This document shows positions 1 through 12,905 of a stretch of 64,000 nucleotides of DNA, piece by piece; within the stretch, counting starts at the first letter, position 1, and every line of letters starts with the position of its first letter. Below the pieces are notes generated by a model. The model ran no database searches and had not been told where the DNA came from. It worked only from the letters and a program-made list of their open reading frames with translations. A program made the position numbers and the translations under genes. The DNA comes from Nemertoderma westbladi (lineage: Eukaryota > Animalia > Xenacoelomorpha), in contig JAUCBJ010004802.1 in NCBI GenBank assembly GCA_032718475.1, forward strand, positions 1,012 through 65,011, in the 5' to 3' direction.

Positions 1-169
1 TAAAGATTTTAGATAAACATGGTTTTCTCAATCAATATTTTTATTATACATAACAGCATAATCTGAGTATAATAATAGAAATACCGGTACGAGTATGAAA
101 CAATACAAAGCATGCAAAAAATTAATTTCACCATTTTTTTTAGGGAAAGGAGCAGGTTACATAGGCAGG

Positions 170-1240
170 CTATTCGGTGGACTTTTCGGAATTGGTGGAC
201 TGGTCTTCATCCATTGACTGAAGTGCTTCAAAGCGGTTTTGAACTTCTACTGTGTAAGCATCCTTTACTGCATTGTCAGTTCTGAGTTTCTCCCAGTCAT
301 AGTTGATTTGCTTGCTTGTCCTGGGTTTGCTGGCTCTCAAACTGAGTCTGATCTCTGCAGTCACAATTCTGTGGTCCAAACCAATTAGGTTGAACGAGCT
401 GTATGCCTCGCAGTTGATCATGCTGTTTCTCCACTTTTTGTTTATAAGAATGTAATCCAGTTGTGCTTTGGTTCCATTAGGGTATTGAAAGGTCCATAGC
501 TTCCCCTTACTCTTTTCGAATGTGTTGTTTGTTGGTATCAATTCACATTCTTCCATTAGGTCTAAAAGTAAGTACCCATTTCTGTTAGAACTGGTGTTAT
601 AGGTGTAACCCTTGATGTCTTCTGGGCCTATATGCGCTTTCAGGTCACCAGCAATGACTTTAACAGTGTGTTTCGGAATGTCCTTTATAAGTCCAGTCAG
701 ATCTTCCTAAAACTTGACTGCTTGTTCTGGATCTGAGCACTGAGGCATTGGTTGGACTGTAGCAACATATAACTGTTGTCTTGGGATTCCCATCAAATGT
801 TGCGATCATAACCCTGGAATTGACTTAAGTGCAAATGGGGGCTTAGCAGAATTCCTACTCCGCCAATTGATGCATTGGCCGAGTTTCTTACTGCTGAGCT
901 TGTTACTAACGTCCATCCATTTCATGTCATTGTACTTCATGGCAGTGTCTTCATGACAAATCCGATGTTCTTGGATGCAGATGATGTTGATGTTATATTC
1001 CATTGCCAGAGCAACCATGTCACCCTGTTTGGTATGTGCTTTCAGCGTGCGTGTGTTCATTGTAGCAATCTTTAGTGTCGTTTTACATTTCAACAGGTTG
1101 GTTCTTCTTTCTTCTCTGTCTTCTGTTCCAGTAGCCAATTTATCGACCCCAGCCTGGTGTGCCACTGATGGACGCGGTCCTTGTTGACCCGGGCGACGAC
1201 TGAGCCGGTATTTCTCCTGGAGGTTTCTCATACTCATAAT
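170..1240 (-). mobile_element. RTE-clade non-LTR retrotransposon, degenerate 5' part (APE endonuclease)
   Basis: ORFs 806-1237 (LKIATMNTRTL...IICIQEHR) and 170-556 (WTF...QLDYILINKKWR...DHRIV) carry APE endonuclease motifs typical of RTE-type ORFs; broken by frameshifts/stops; no RT follows. Confidence 0.85.
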
Positions 1241-1831
1241 TAATTGTAAGCAAATGCAACGGGACCGAAATATGCGCCGCTACAGTGTCAATCACTAGAG
1301 GCCTAGGTTCTGTGGTCAGTATGAAATGATTGACAGAACTTTGATTCATGTAGATTTTGACTCGCTTACAAGTAGAAATATGCTACAGTTCGTAAATACA
1401 ATATAATGCAATACTATGCAGTGGGTAGATAAAACTCCTATAACTGAGACTCAAAATTTAGGTCATAGTCCAGTAGTCTTAAAGTAGCCCATATACTGAA
1501 GGATAGACTGTATGCTACTGTACATTATGTAGGCTATGTATGTCTGTCATCTGTACAGCTGTATGTACACCTCTATCTGCAAATTTATTGAGTTTTCCCT
1601 CTGCAATTTTGCGGGCTTGGGGTCGTTTTTTTGTGTTTTTTTTAACACAAAAGGGTGCATTAAAACTCATAAGATTGTATTGTAATAGGGGCCTACTCTC
1701 TGACTGCTAGATCAACCCCCGCTCAATGCATGGCTCGCCCCACAATCAGACAATGCTTTGTTTTATTTTGCACATCATGTGCGCCCCTCCAATCTAAACG
1801 ATTTGAACTACACTTGGGCTACTTGGGCCGG

Positions 1832-1870
1832 GCGCTTGCAAAACTACGTTTTGCAAGCGTTTCTCACTAG
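1832..1870 (+). mobile_element. Helitron-like 3' terminus
   Basis: Hairpin gcgcttgcaaaac-tac-gttttgcaagcgt followed a few bases later by CTAG (1867-1870) and a T, the canonical Helitron 3' end arrangement. 5' end not located. Confidence 0.5.
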
Positions 1871-2422
1871 TTTGTACGGTACTCTTTTGTACTAATTTTG
1901 CACTCTTTTGTCATTTGTAGGCTTACTATTTTCGCACTTTATTGTACTCTTTTGTATTCTTTTGTACTACCGGTATATCAGTATATTGTACTGTTTTGTA
2001 TTTTTTTTGTACTTTTTTGTACAAATTCGTCGGACCCCTGTCAGGTCAGCCTGTCACCTGTCAGCCTTTCCCTTTGTCAGTTTGTCTATAAAAACTTCAG
2101 AACTTTCGTCACTCACAGGCACCTCGCAGCCTCGGGCAGTCGGGTATAATTACTTTGCTGTTGGCAGTTGGCTTTTGGCTGTTTTAGAGTTTGGCTGTTC
2201 TGTTGGCCATTCATTTGGGACCGTTGTATGAAACACTTTTGGTGCTTTTATATATAGGCTCTACCTACCTGTACTCGAGTGTACTGCTGTACGGGCCTGG
2301 CCTGCCAGATCCAGACCTGACAGCCTGACCTGAGTCTGTGATCGACTCGTGCCACTGGCCACCCCACCCCCCCACCGGCACGGCGGCAGACCGGTAGGCC
2401 TACCGCTACCGGTAATACTTAC

Positions 2423-2464
2423 CTTTACATAGAGTGTGAGATCCAGATCCTCCAGGTCACCCAT
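2423..2464 (-). CDS. Probable first coding exon of a chloride intracellular channel (CLIC)-like gene; remainder off-window to the left
   Basis: ATG at 2464 gives MGDLEDLDLTLYVK followed by a perfect GTAAGT donor (2422-2417), phase 0. CLIC proteins begin with ...L(F/Y)VK|AG, and vertebrate CLIC genes have an intron after that K. Adjacent 2280-2460 is locally GC-rich. Only 14 codons visible. Confidence 0.5.
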
Positions 2465-2849
2465 TGTCTGTCAGAGTGTTCTTCTAATTACTGTCAGACT
2501 GTTACGATATCGACAATACTGCAATACTGCAATACGCTGATACGTGCAATACAGCAATATTAATAACGCACACTACTGCTGTACTGCACTACCTGACTAC
2601 TGCAGTACTGCAGTACCAAACCAAGTACTTACTGACTTCTGACTGAGCTTGAGCCAGGCAGCTACTGCAGCACTCTGTAGGCTTATCTCAGTATCTCTGA
2701 CTGTCTGAATGCTGGTATCTGGGTATCCACAATCCTGCTATCAGACTATCACACTATCCATCCACTATCCGAATACTGCTGTACTGGTACCGGTATTCCG
2801 CAATCAGGCAATGCAGGTAAGTTAAAAAGGCTGCATGCTGCATGTATCC

Positions 2850-3198
2850 CTGTGTGTGGGGCGAGGCTCGAAGTGAGCGAAGCCTTAGCATATGGGTGCC
2901 ATTGGCGAGTTGTCTGTCGTCGTCGTCGTCGTCTGTCGTCGTTGTAAATTTTTGATCGCTAGTAACTCGGTTACTCCTTGATGAAATTAAACGAAACTTG
3001 GTATGTATGTAGTCCGTCAAAAGTATAGAAATAATCTGAATTTTGGTAAAGAACGAACGAACACAACGAGGCACAAGAGGAGGACGAGCAGTATTGTGTT
3101 GAAGACTTCAAACTAACGGCAGACAACTTGTTAATGGTGCCCATATGCTAAAAGGCTTTGCTCACTTCGTGCTGCGCGAAGGCCCCACGAACGTGTAT
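2850..3198. mobile_element. Helentron/HINE-like non-autonomous repeat ends, two in opposite orientation
   Basis: gaagtgagcgaagccttagcatatgggtgccatt + (GTC)n microsatellite + aaacttggtatg; inverted partial copy at ~3115-3198; related sequence at 62455-62492 and 63865-64000. Confidence 0.45.
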
Positions 3199-3331
3199 CA
3201 TAGGCCTACAATCCTTATATGCGCCCCTACTACGCTTTTCACTACTACATTATGTCCTGGCTGCCTGGCAGCCTGAGAATATAGTGCCCTGATACATGAT
3301 CCCGAGCCCGACCCGCTGGCCCCCAAATTTT

Positions 3332-3705
3332 GGAACACCTAAAACTTCGCCCGCGTCCAATCTTCGCCCGGAGCAATCTTCGCCCTCAAAATGAGCTACA
3401 ACTACTGTATCGCCCGTCGGAAACCTTCACCCACAGGCAATCTTCACCCGCGAGCAACCTTCGCCCACTAAACAATTATTATTTTGGTTAGAAAAGGCCG
3501 TCTCTGTTACCTGCTCCTTTCCCTAAATTGGTACCTAAAATGTTTACTAACACAAATCGTATTGGACGAGGGTAGCTCGCGGGCGAAGATTGCCTTGCGT
3601 GTTAAAGGTTTCCCCCGGGCGAAGGTTGGACGAGGGCGAAGATTGGACGCGGGCGAAGATTGTACGCGGGCGAAGATTGTACGCGGGCGAAGGTTGCACC
3701 CAACC
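3332..3705. mobile_element. MITE with inverted arrays of aatcttcgccc(g) sub-repeats
   Basis: Left arm 3344-3470 (cttcgccc units) and right arm 3577-3700 (gggcgaag units); GG...CC ends flanked by direct repeat CAAATTTT (3324-3331, 3706-3713). Confidence 0.65.
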
Positions 3706-4762
3706 CAAATTTTTCTACAAATATAAATGAGATTGCAAGAAATTGTAATCGAAAAAATTCACCCCCTCGTCCTTCCTGGGCAGCTGGGTGTGGGTTTGCA
3801 AGAAATATTAAATCTTTAGCTAATCTGTTTGAAAAAGATGTCTCCAGCGATATTGCACCATTTATTTCACCGCAGTTATTCTTCAACCTTATACTGAAGT
3901 GATTTGTTGGTAGCATTGGAAATATTGCCGGGCAAGGATTCCAAATATGTAAAAAAAGTATGAATTTGCTTAGGAAATAGTTGAGATACGGGCGTTGAAT
4001 TTGCATGTATTTGCTTCGGCTTCAGCTGCAGTCCATTTATTTTAGACCTACTGTGTTTAATAATTACACCATGTTCTGCGTTCTGGAACATTTTGTTTAT
4101 GTGCGAATATCAAGACATCCTACTGTAAACTAGTTTTAGGAAGCCTTGGTGAATACTCACATCCTCTAGTATTATTATATTGTCATTGCATTTGCTCGCA
4201 CTCAATATAGCCTTCGCCATCAGGGGTAATAAACATACAATAGTTGAATTCCAATTCCCGAAATTCTTCAATTCCTCTTTTTCTAGAATGTTGTTATTTT
4301 GTCTCTATTATCATAGTCTCAAAGAAATTATTTAAAAAGGAGCAGGTTACAGAGGCACGTTAATTTAACCAAAACAATAAACTAAACACAATAGTACATG
4401 TTACAGTTTTATTTTTGAGAGTAATCAACTGTTATTTTGGTCCAATTTACCCTGGAGAGGGATAAATTTTTATTGCGTCCAGTTTCCCCCCTATCTGACA
4501 GTATAACCATTTTTATTTGTTGTAAGTCACTTTTTTTGTCAAAGTAATTAACAAGTTTGACAAAAAAATAACACTTTTTTGTCAACAAAAAAAGTAATGT
4601 TTCCATGGCATTAATAATAACATATTGCATTTAAATGGAAAATAAATTAAATATGTAGATAATTTCTGATGCTAGCTAGTTTTTGCTAATTTTTTATAAA
4701 TGTTATATAAAGCGTGTTGGCTATCAATTTTGATAAATATTTTTGTTTTAGAACACTTTTTT

Positions 4763-5121
4763 GGCACTAGTGTGTTATAGCTACACCCCACCCCCCCCCA
4801 AATTTTTATTACTAGCTAGTTTTTGCTATTTCTTTTTTTTTGAAATGTTCTAGAACATGAAATACATTTAAAAAAAAATAATAAAATGTTCTAGAACAAA
4901 TATTTTTTGTTCTAGAACAATATTTAAAAAAATTAAAAAAATTAATGTACTATTTTTCTTTTTTAATAATGTTCTAGAACATGTTAGCTATTCAGAACTA
5001 GAAAAAAAATAGTTCTAGAACAAATAGTTTTTGTTCTAGAACAGTTCAAAAAAAATGAAATTTTTTTTTTTAATTTTATTTAGAATTTGTTTCATATAAT
5101 TTTTAATCATTGCTGGCAAGA

Positions 5122-5156
<35 letters not shown>

Positions 5157-5651
5157 GGTTAGCTAGTATTTTTTTAATAGCTAATTAAAATTAAAAATTC
5201 ACTGTATTGAGGTCATTATACTCAGAAATTAATGATAGTTACAGGATAAATTAATGATTAATGCTTAGAATACATACTGTGTAATATTTATTATTTAGCA
5301 GACGTCGCGCAGCGGGTAATATTTTCTAATCAAATGCAATAGATCAGAAAATGGATTTTCTTTGTGTAACATCTTCCACCTAAACTCTGCTAGCTGTTGG
5401 GCGAAAGTTGACCTCTTGATACCTATGTTTCGCCTTAGAATGTGGAGTTTGGCGTGGCGGCACTAGTGTAACAAAAAATAAAATTTGTATGATTTTTTAA
5501 TTTTTTGTTCTAGAACAAAAAATATTTGTTCTAGAACATTATTTTTTTTCAAATGTATTTCATGTTCTAGAACATTTCAAAAAAAAGAAATAGCAAAAAC
5601 TAGCTAGTAATAAAAATTTTGAGGGGGGTGTAGCTATAACACACTAGTACC
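4763..5651. mobile_element. Merlin-like MITE with ~160-bp TIRs rich in TTCTAGAA
   Basis: ggcactagtgtgttatagctacacccc... at 4763 is inverted at ...ggggtgtagctataacacactagtacc ending 5651; GG...CC ends; both flanks ctttttt(t). Confidence 0.7.
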
Positions 5652-5901
5652 CTTTTTTTGCTCTAGAACACATTTTATATTTTTTATATTAGCTAGTTTT
5701 TTCTAGAACAAGTGTTAGTTATCAATTTTGATAAATATTTATGTTCTATAACACATTTTTTTAGAACATTTTTTAGGAAAAAAACCCATACTACTGTCAG
5801 AAAGTCAAATATTTTATTCTAGAAAAAAAAACCTCATGATAAAAGCCTTATTATATGGAAAAAATTGGTCAAACTATGGGTACCAAAGGTGTAGTAATGC
5901 C

Positions 5902-6311
5902 CGTATTTCACGATGGAAGAAGCTTCGATGGACAGACCTCCGTGTTTTGTACGTCTAAAAATGTGGGCAGAGTAGCTACAACCAACATGTTTGCAAGAAC
6001 TTTTACTAGTGGGTATGGGTAACAGGCCACAGGATTGTGCAAATGTTATCGCACTCCCCTCATCTTTTAAATTTTGGGAAATTTCTGTAATATTTAAATC
6101 AGTGGACTGTCTCGAATATAAATGTCTTTGAATGTTTGTACTCAAAATGTCAAAAAACACAAATGAATCTTTAAAATATGAAATGAATATAAACGTTCTA
6201 GAATTGTGTTGTAGTTGGAAACAATATTTAAATAAACATAGTACACTTATAATATCGGTTAAAATACACAATAAAAAAAATTAAAATGGTGACCCACTCC
6301 ACAGTGGTGCC
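5902..6311 (-). pseudogene. Possible 5' fragment of a Merlin (IS1016/ISXO2-like) transposase element
   Basis: Within ORF 5834-6271, LNITEISQNLKDEGSAITFAQSCGLLP...CxxxxC resembles the N-terminus of eukaryotic ISXO2-like transposases; GG-starting TIR-like end (GGCACCACTGTGGAG on minus) at 6311; cut at 5901 by a ...ggtgtagtaatgcc end that recurs at 7049-7062. No DDE domain seen. Confidence 0.4.
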
Positions 6312-7062
6312 GATGCTGAAATCGGCCCAGATAAAAGTGAGAAGACTTACAACAAATAAAACGATACGTAAGTGGTGACAAAAAGTAATATATTTTGTCT
6401 TGCTTTCTTATTTCTCACCACAATAACGCTCGACAAAAAAGCCAACTTTATTTTCCATCACTTAAATAGTTATTATGATACCTAAACAAGTTTTAGAAAA
6501 TTTCAAATAAATCTTTAATGACCGGTTATAAAATGGAGGGGTGCTGGTGGTGTTGGTACCCAGTTACATGACAGAGAAAATGTCTTAATGAAGAAACATT
6601 AATTTGTTCTAGAATAAGCAATATTTAATTAAAATTCCTGTTTACCAATATAAAATATCATAATGTATAAATTGAGAGGCACTAAATGAAACTAATATCA
6701 ATATGTTAATAACGTCGTGAAAATAATGTTCCATTAAAAAATAAATCTGCGCATTGCATGTTAAATAACGTGGAACATATTTTCACTATGCTCTCGACCA
6801 TTTATTAACCTCTCGGTAAATAAATTATCTCGAGTATAGTGAAACTAATGTTCTACATTATTTACCATGCAAAATATAATTATGTTTCACTACCTAATAA
6901 AAAGTAATACCGAACACAATATCAAAATTATACCAGCTACCATCTTAATGTCATAAAGTCAAATACATGTTCTACAACAAAAACCTCAAGATAAAAGACA
7001 TTTTCATATGAAAAAAAAAGTCGTCAAAAAATGGGTACGCCTACCAAAGGTGTAGTAATGCC

Positions 7063-7121
7063 ACTGAGTCTCTGCAGTCACAATTCCGTGGTCCGAACCA
7101 ATTAGGTTAAACTAGCTGTAT
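7063..7121 (-). mobile_element. RTE endonuclease fragment (left part of the copy split by the BEL/Pao insertion)
   Basis: Aligns with 342-404 of the first RTE copy; the alignment resumes at 21395. Confidence 0.8.
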
Positions 7122-7969
7122 TGTAAAGGCTTTTGCGGATCTAGCTTGTCATTTTCCCCGCAAAGTACTCTGTAGGTGTTTTAGCGGACATAAAAAGCCG
7201 TTTTCTTACTGTGTAAGTGTTTTAGTGGACATAAAAAGCCATTTTTCTGTATGTGTACTTTAGCGGACATAACAAGCCATTTTATGCCGCAATACGCCAA
7301 AATACTCTTAATACAGTGTAGTTCAGATGACGACATCTATCAGCTGATATGTCGACGTGGAGCTTTTGGCTTTCTTTGTTCAGGCTCACTCACTCGACCA
7401 ATCAGAGCGATTTTCATTTTCTTTGCACAGAAGCCTCCGGGAAATCGCGCAATGCATTATGGTCTTTGTTTACCATTTTTCCTGAGCCCAGAACATCGGC
7501 TTTGGAATTATTCTGTGTTTCAGACTTTAGCCAAACATTAGAACGGCTTTGATTATAGAAACGTATAACTGTTATCAAACCAGTACACAAACTGGACACA
7601 CAACACGGCTCAGAACACCGCATTATTTTACTGCTATTTACTGTCGGTTATTAAGTGTTATCATTTGATGGATATGTTGTTATATTTGGAGAATATCGAT
7701 AAATAATCAGAAAACCCCAATCTTCTTGATATACTGAAGGTTAGAGAGACCGGTTACATATAGCAATTGCGACTTACATTATAGTGGTTTTGGAGTGAAT
7801 TGAATGCTATTTCATAGACCCTACATGTGTCAGTTGCTGTTCTCCTTATATATGATTAAAATTAGTGAAGGTCGGCAGATCAGTGTGCAGCAGTGTGCGG
7901 TATTGTGCATGAGTGTGATAGATAACAAAGCATTTCCTAAAGAATGCGCCTTATACGAAAATCAATAGC
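7122..7969 (+). repeat. 5' LTR of BEL/Pao element (3'-truncated)
   Basis: Colinear with 20207-21054 (10 substitutions counted by eye in 848 bp, no indels); the last 335 bp of the 3' LTR and a PBS are absent. Contains ~41-bp internal tandem repeats (gtgttttagcggacataaaaagcc). Confidence 0.92.
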
Positions 7970-8179
7970 GTTTAATAACGTTTATTTCAAACATTGACAA
8001 AAACCCATTAAAGGGTATATATATATATTATAAATCAACTCAAACCGATTTATGAAACAGTAGGCCTGTCATACACCAATTAGGTCTTAATATCAGTTGG
8101 ACTACTGCTTAAATAACGGTAATAAAGTAAAGTAAAGTAACCAAGTAACCACTAAAATTCAGAAATTCAATTATTCTAA

Positions 8180-8445
8180 AATAATTGACATACCGGTATT
8201 TACAATAGGCTTATTATATTTATTTCTATAAATTTGAGCTGAAATTATATACCGGTATTCTGTAATTAATTCTAGTCTATAATTATACTTATATACTATA
8301 AGTGTAAGTTGTATACCGGTATTCACGATAGGCTTATTATATATTTATATATATTAGTGCTGAAATTATATACCGGTATTCTGTGACAAACCTAGTCTGT
8401 AATAATACTTATATATATACTATAAGTGTATACCGGTATTCTAAT
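8180..8445 (+). repeat. Diverged tandem repeats in BEL/Pao leader
   Basis: Recurrent ataccggtatt motif with duplicated taggcttattatat...gctgaaattatataccggtattctgt...ctagtct blocks. Confidence 0.7.
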
Positions 8446-8579
8446 ATATTGTGTATATATATCACGTTACACTGAGTAACGATATCGGTAATTAATTACT
8501 AGGCTTATAGTTGATACTGAATTACTAGACTTGCTTTAACTGTAGTTCTAGCAGTAGGCATCCAACTGTATAAACAAAC

Positions 8580-11500
8580 ATGTCTGACACAAAGCAAAAC
8601 CTGTCAGACAGTCTCCTAGATACAACCATCTGTGATCCAGATAGGAGTGCGGAACGTTTGAGACCGAAGTTCAACTCCCCTCCTACTGTAAGAAAGGTCA
8701 TCCCTCCAGTAGTAGTATCAGACCCTAGGCTAGTCAAACACCGTAGGTCTATCATAGGCACTCGGGCTCAAGTCAAGCGGGACCAAGAAGCAGCTGTTAA
8801 ACAGCAGCAACACCCGAGCCGAGAACTTATTTCTCAGCGGCCCGATAGCTCCAGTAGTTCAGATACTGTAGAGTTGACACCCGAGCGCGGAGCAAGGATG
8901 GCAGATGCGGTTTATTCGGATCCACTTCTCATTCTTCCTGCAGCCATACTCACTAGGGTATTGATTGCGGTGGAGGAACACCAAATCGATTGGGCGAGAA
9001 GTAAGCGATCGACCAAGGACAGTTATGCGGGATACACAAGGGAGGAACTGAAGTCTATTGTCGAGACGCAATGGAACTTTCCCGGACCCGGACTCCCGTT
9101 TAACTTATCGGAAGCTGCCTGGGAGGACTTATACAGGATGGGAGTGACAAAGGACACTAGTGATCCAGCTGTATGGAAGAGGTCGGCAGCAGGATATGTA
9201 CAGGGATTCTTCAGCTCTTTGGAGGCAGAGGCTGAAAGAAAAGCGGCAGAAGCGGAAAGAAAAGCGGCAGAAGTGGAAAGGAAAGCGGCAATGGCAGCGG
9301 CAGAAGCGGAAAGAAAAGAGGCAGAAGCAGAAAGAAAGGTAGCAGCGGCAGAAGCGGAAAGAAAAGCGGCAGAGGCAGTGGCAGAAGCAGAATGGAGGGC
9401 ATCTGAAGAGACCACCCAACTAGAGTTGGAAAATCTTCAAGAGAAGCAAGACTACATAGATAAACAGAGAACAGCTACTCAGTGGCAGATGATAAGTCGA
9501 TCCACCCCCAAGCGACAGGGCTTTACATCATCGGATGAAGGCGATACAACAGATCCTGAAGGCGGAGGAAATAGATCTCGTCCCAGCAGGCGTAGAAGAA
9601 TGCCCCACCGTCAGAAATTGCCTGATTTGCCCCCAGCTGTGAGAAGGCAACTAGCTAGCACGTACTTAGGTAGTACAGAACCCACAGACCAAATTATTAG
9701 AGTAAAAAGACTCCCTACTATAGTAGATGAGCCTGAAATAATTAGGCCTGTTCTCGAAGCTACCCCCTCTGTGATAGAGACCCCTGTACTTCCAGAACCC
9801 AACTCTAAATTCCCTTTGCACAGCACTAAACTACCTGTGCCCAGCAGAACAACCCCTGAGACAGTTCCTGTCCTGGACTCCGAGCGAAATATCAACGATT
9901 TGTCGCCCGTTGTCCCTCGTCTACCCGCTACTGTGTTGGCGGCTCCCGCTTCGGCGGTCGAGTGGGTGGATGAGGGGCGGCGGGGGATGAATCTCCTGCT
10001 CGGGCAGATGCAGGAGACTGTTCAACAATTCAAGAGAACAGTAAGGGAAAGTAGGTTAGAGTTGCAAGAAGTGCAGCAGAATATCGCGTTAGAACGCGAT
10101 AAATTAGTAAATATACAAAAGGGTATACCACCACACCCTGTAACAATGTGTCAACCTGTTAGGTCTGAAGTATTTCATGCGCAAGGTGTGGAGCCTACAT
10201 GCATCTACACTGCTAGTGAAGTAGAAACTCCTATAGTAAACCCTATTAAGGGTAATTATAAACCTGTTGACAATGATATTCCATATAGATCTGATCCTAA
10301 TCCGAGAAATTTATATACCGATAACTCGATATTAAATAATACGATGGCCCAAGAAAGTTTTACGCGTCAAATGGCTAGAACCGAAGCCCGTCAAGTGGTA
10401 AAGGTGGGAGAGATCATCAAGTTCAATGGAGATGAGATGAAATGGTTACCTTTTAATGAATATTACAAAGATAACATACAGAACTCTGTACTATCTAACG
10501 GAGAGAAACTTAGATTCCTCATCGAGTGTTTGGAAGGACCTCCCAAGTTAATGGCGTTAAAGTTTATTGGACATCCAGATGGATTAAGACAAGTTTGGGA
10601 TACACTAAACATCAGGTATGGTAATAGGACAAACATAGCTAGGTATTTGTATGCAAAATTGGTAGCACCCCGAAAGTTCCTTAGCAGCGGGATTATCGAG
10701 TTTTCCGATGAGATTCAGGAGATCTGTAGACAACTAGATTGGTTAGGTAAGTCTCATGAATACCAGAATTCTATGGTTGTAGGAGCCTTAGCATCAGCTT
10801 TGCCAAAGAGTGAAGTAGGTACTCGCTGGGACAAAAAGGTTCTCTATTTGATGGACCAACAACATAGAGATCCAACCATAACGGACCTTCTGTCATTCTT
10901 AAACTGAGAGGTAAGATTACAACTCCTAAAACAGTCTAGAGAGAAGACTCCTGAAAGTGAGGTAAGTGAAAATTCCGTTTCTAGGCGAAAGGTAACACCA
11001 GTGTGTTATACCGACGACGGCAAAAGCCAAACCTCCCACGAGGAGAACAGCGGGAAAGACTCCGAAAGATCTTACTATGTCAACAACGCACCTAAAGACG
11101 TAAGTCAATTTAAGTCTCGAACCAGTGACAGGAGAGAACAGACAACAAAAACTCCTCCCACGTCTCCTAAGAGAATTCATGGAAGAAAGCCCGAGGAGAG
11201 AACAAGTGTGCACAACACCATACAAGGTAAGGTAAGTAACATCAAGCCCAAATGTGTATTGTGTGACGGGCCCCATCGCTTGAGTGGGTGTGATGAATTC
11301 TTAAAGAAATCCCTAAAGGATAGACGTGATGTCATGTGGGATAAGCGGTTGTGTTATAATTGTCTCAGACGAGGACACCAACGGCGGACCTGTTACTCAG
11401 ATGCTAGGTGTGCTAAGTGCGGTGCGAAACATCATATCTTGCTGCACACAGAATTTGAAAGAACCCGCACGAGTCAGGTAAGTGAGCCCGAACTACATGT

Positions 11501-12905
11501 CCAATTCAGTGATGTGAACGACACTGACCAAAGTTCTGAGATGGAAGGATTCTACACGGACGAATTCTCCGATGAAAACGAATCCTGTTATCTAATAAAC
11601 ACCGCAGTGTATCGAGCACTTACGTATGAGACTGAAACTGATAGTGAGCTCCCCCTAACTATTCCTGACCGACAACCATCTTGGAAAGCGCCAACTTCTA
11701 ACGTAGGAATCCGGGAATTTCCCGTAGTGCAGTTGAGAGTCCACGGGTTAAAAAAGAGCTATATAGTGAACGCCCTCCTTGACTCCGGCAGCACAGGAAC
11801 ATTCATCGACAAAGAACTAGCCGAAGACATCTTTGCTGGACAACCCAAGTTCCGAACTAAGTTGAACCTTTCAGGAATTATGCAGGTTTGGAAATCTACA
11901 GTAGCTACAGACTACTATGTAGGCGCGTTGTCCACCCCCCAGGATGAACTAGGAGAACACAGTATAAGGTTAGTAAAAATGGTGGCGATAAAGAACTTCG
12001 CTACCAGCCAAGTGGAACCTTATAACTGGGATGAAGACGATTTCACCCAGCAGCATGAGATACCTAGATTCAACACCGACTACCCAGGGGTACAGATACT
12101 CATCGGCCAAAATGCGCATGAGGCGCTTGAGACATTAGAGAAACGGCCTGCTCGACCGCAACCATTGCAAACCTATGCAGGAAGAACAAGAGTAGGTTGG
12201 TACTTCACTGGACCTTCCCGTAGGACACTCCTGGAAAGGCTACCCAAAGATCAGGTCCATCAGGAGAGTGAATGGGAAGAAGACATCAGTGAGGGAGAGA
12301 CGACCACAACTGAGGGAACACCATACTCCTCAGATAATGACGATATTAACTCTAATGTAGATCAATGGAGACATTGCCCCGAGATGATTAATCTAGCCGA
12401 CATCTCTTCCAGAGGAGCAACTCCTCAAGAACTGACAGATACTCCAGACTGGTTAGGTGGACCCGACTTCCTAAGTAAAGAAGATGAATGGCCTCCCCAT
12501 CTTACCACGGCTGAGATTAGACAAGCCAAGGGAGCGGAGAAAGTCAAACCTAAAACCCGGACGAGTAAATCAAGGTTATTTAAACCCGTGATAGATCTGT
12601 CTGTACTACACATTGCCAGGGACGACGCTGTGGATCTAAACTCCCCCACCGCGAACAGATCTGTTGTGGAGATCAGAGAGAGAGACTGGAGATCTGGAAC
12701 ACCAGACGTCTCGCAGGGACTCTCACCTCTCCTGCCGGGAGCGATGGACCACTGTAGCTCCTGGAATCGGCTTTGTAAGGCCGTCGTGTATTTGAAGCGA
12801 TGTTTCTATCGTCACTATTCCAAGACGAAGAGGAACTGGAAAGAGACCGAGAACTGTCCGGAAACTATGGAAGGCAAGATACTCTTCCCACGACCACCTC
12901 CCTAA
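8580..12905 (+). pseudogene. BEL/Pao Gag-protease polyprotein with one in-frame TGA (10905-10907); RT, most of RNase H and integrase absent
   Basis: ORFs 8580-10907 and 11001-12905 are in the same frame with no other stop between. Gag core KFNGD..KW..F...LSNGEKLRFL..CLEG; knuckles CVLCDGPHRLSGC, CYNCLRRGHQRRTC, CAKCGAKHHILLH; protease ALLDSGSTGTFI (11781), ILIGQN, TRVGW; then the RNase H tail QWRHCP..NLADISSRG..WLGGPDFL..WP (~12363). AAEAERK coiled-coil repeat at ~9222-9400. Confidence 0.9.

Noticed and set aside
1240-1390. HDV-like ribozyme in the RTE 5' UTR
   Set aside because: Known in some RTEs, but I could not build the nested pseudoknot by eye.
3602-4091. Overlapping minus-strand ORFs near an aaaggagcaggttaca TIR-like motif (also at ~146 and inverted at ~3500)
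   Set aside because: No recognisable domain, multiple stops, element boundaries could not be made consistent.
7251-7541. 96-aa ORF duplicated at 20336-20626
   Set aside because: Conservation reflects young LTR identity; no recognisable motif.
9023-9419. Antisense Ala/Phe/Cys-rich ORFs
   Set aside because: Shadows of the AAEAERK repeat in gag.
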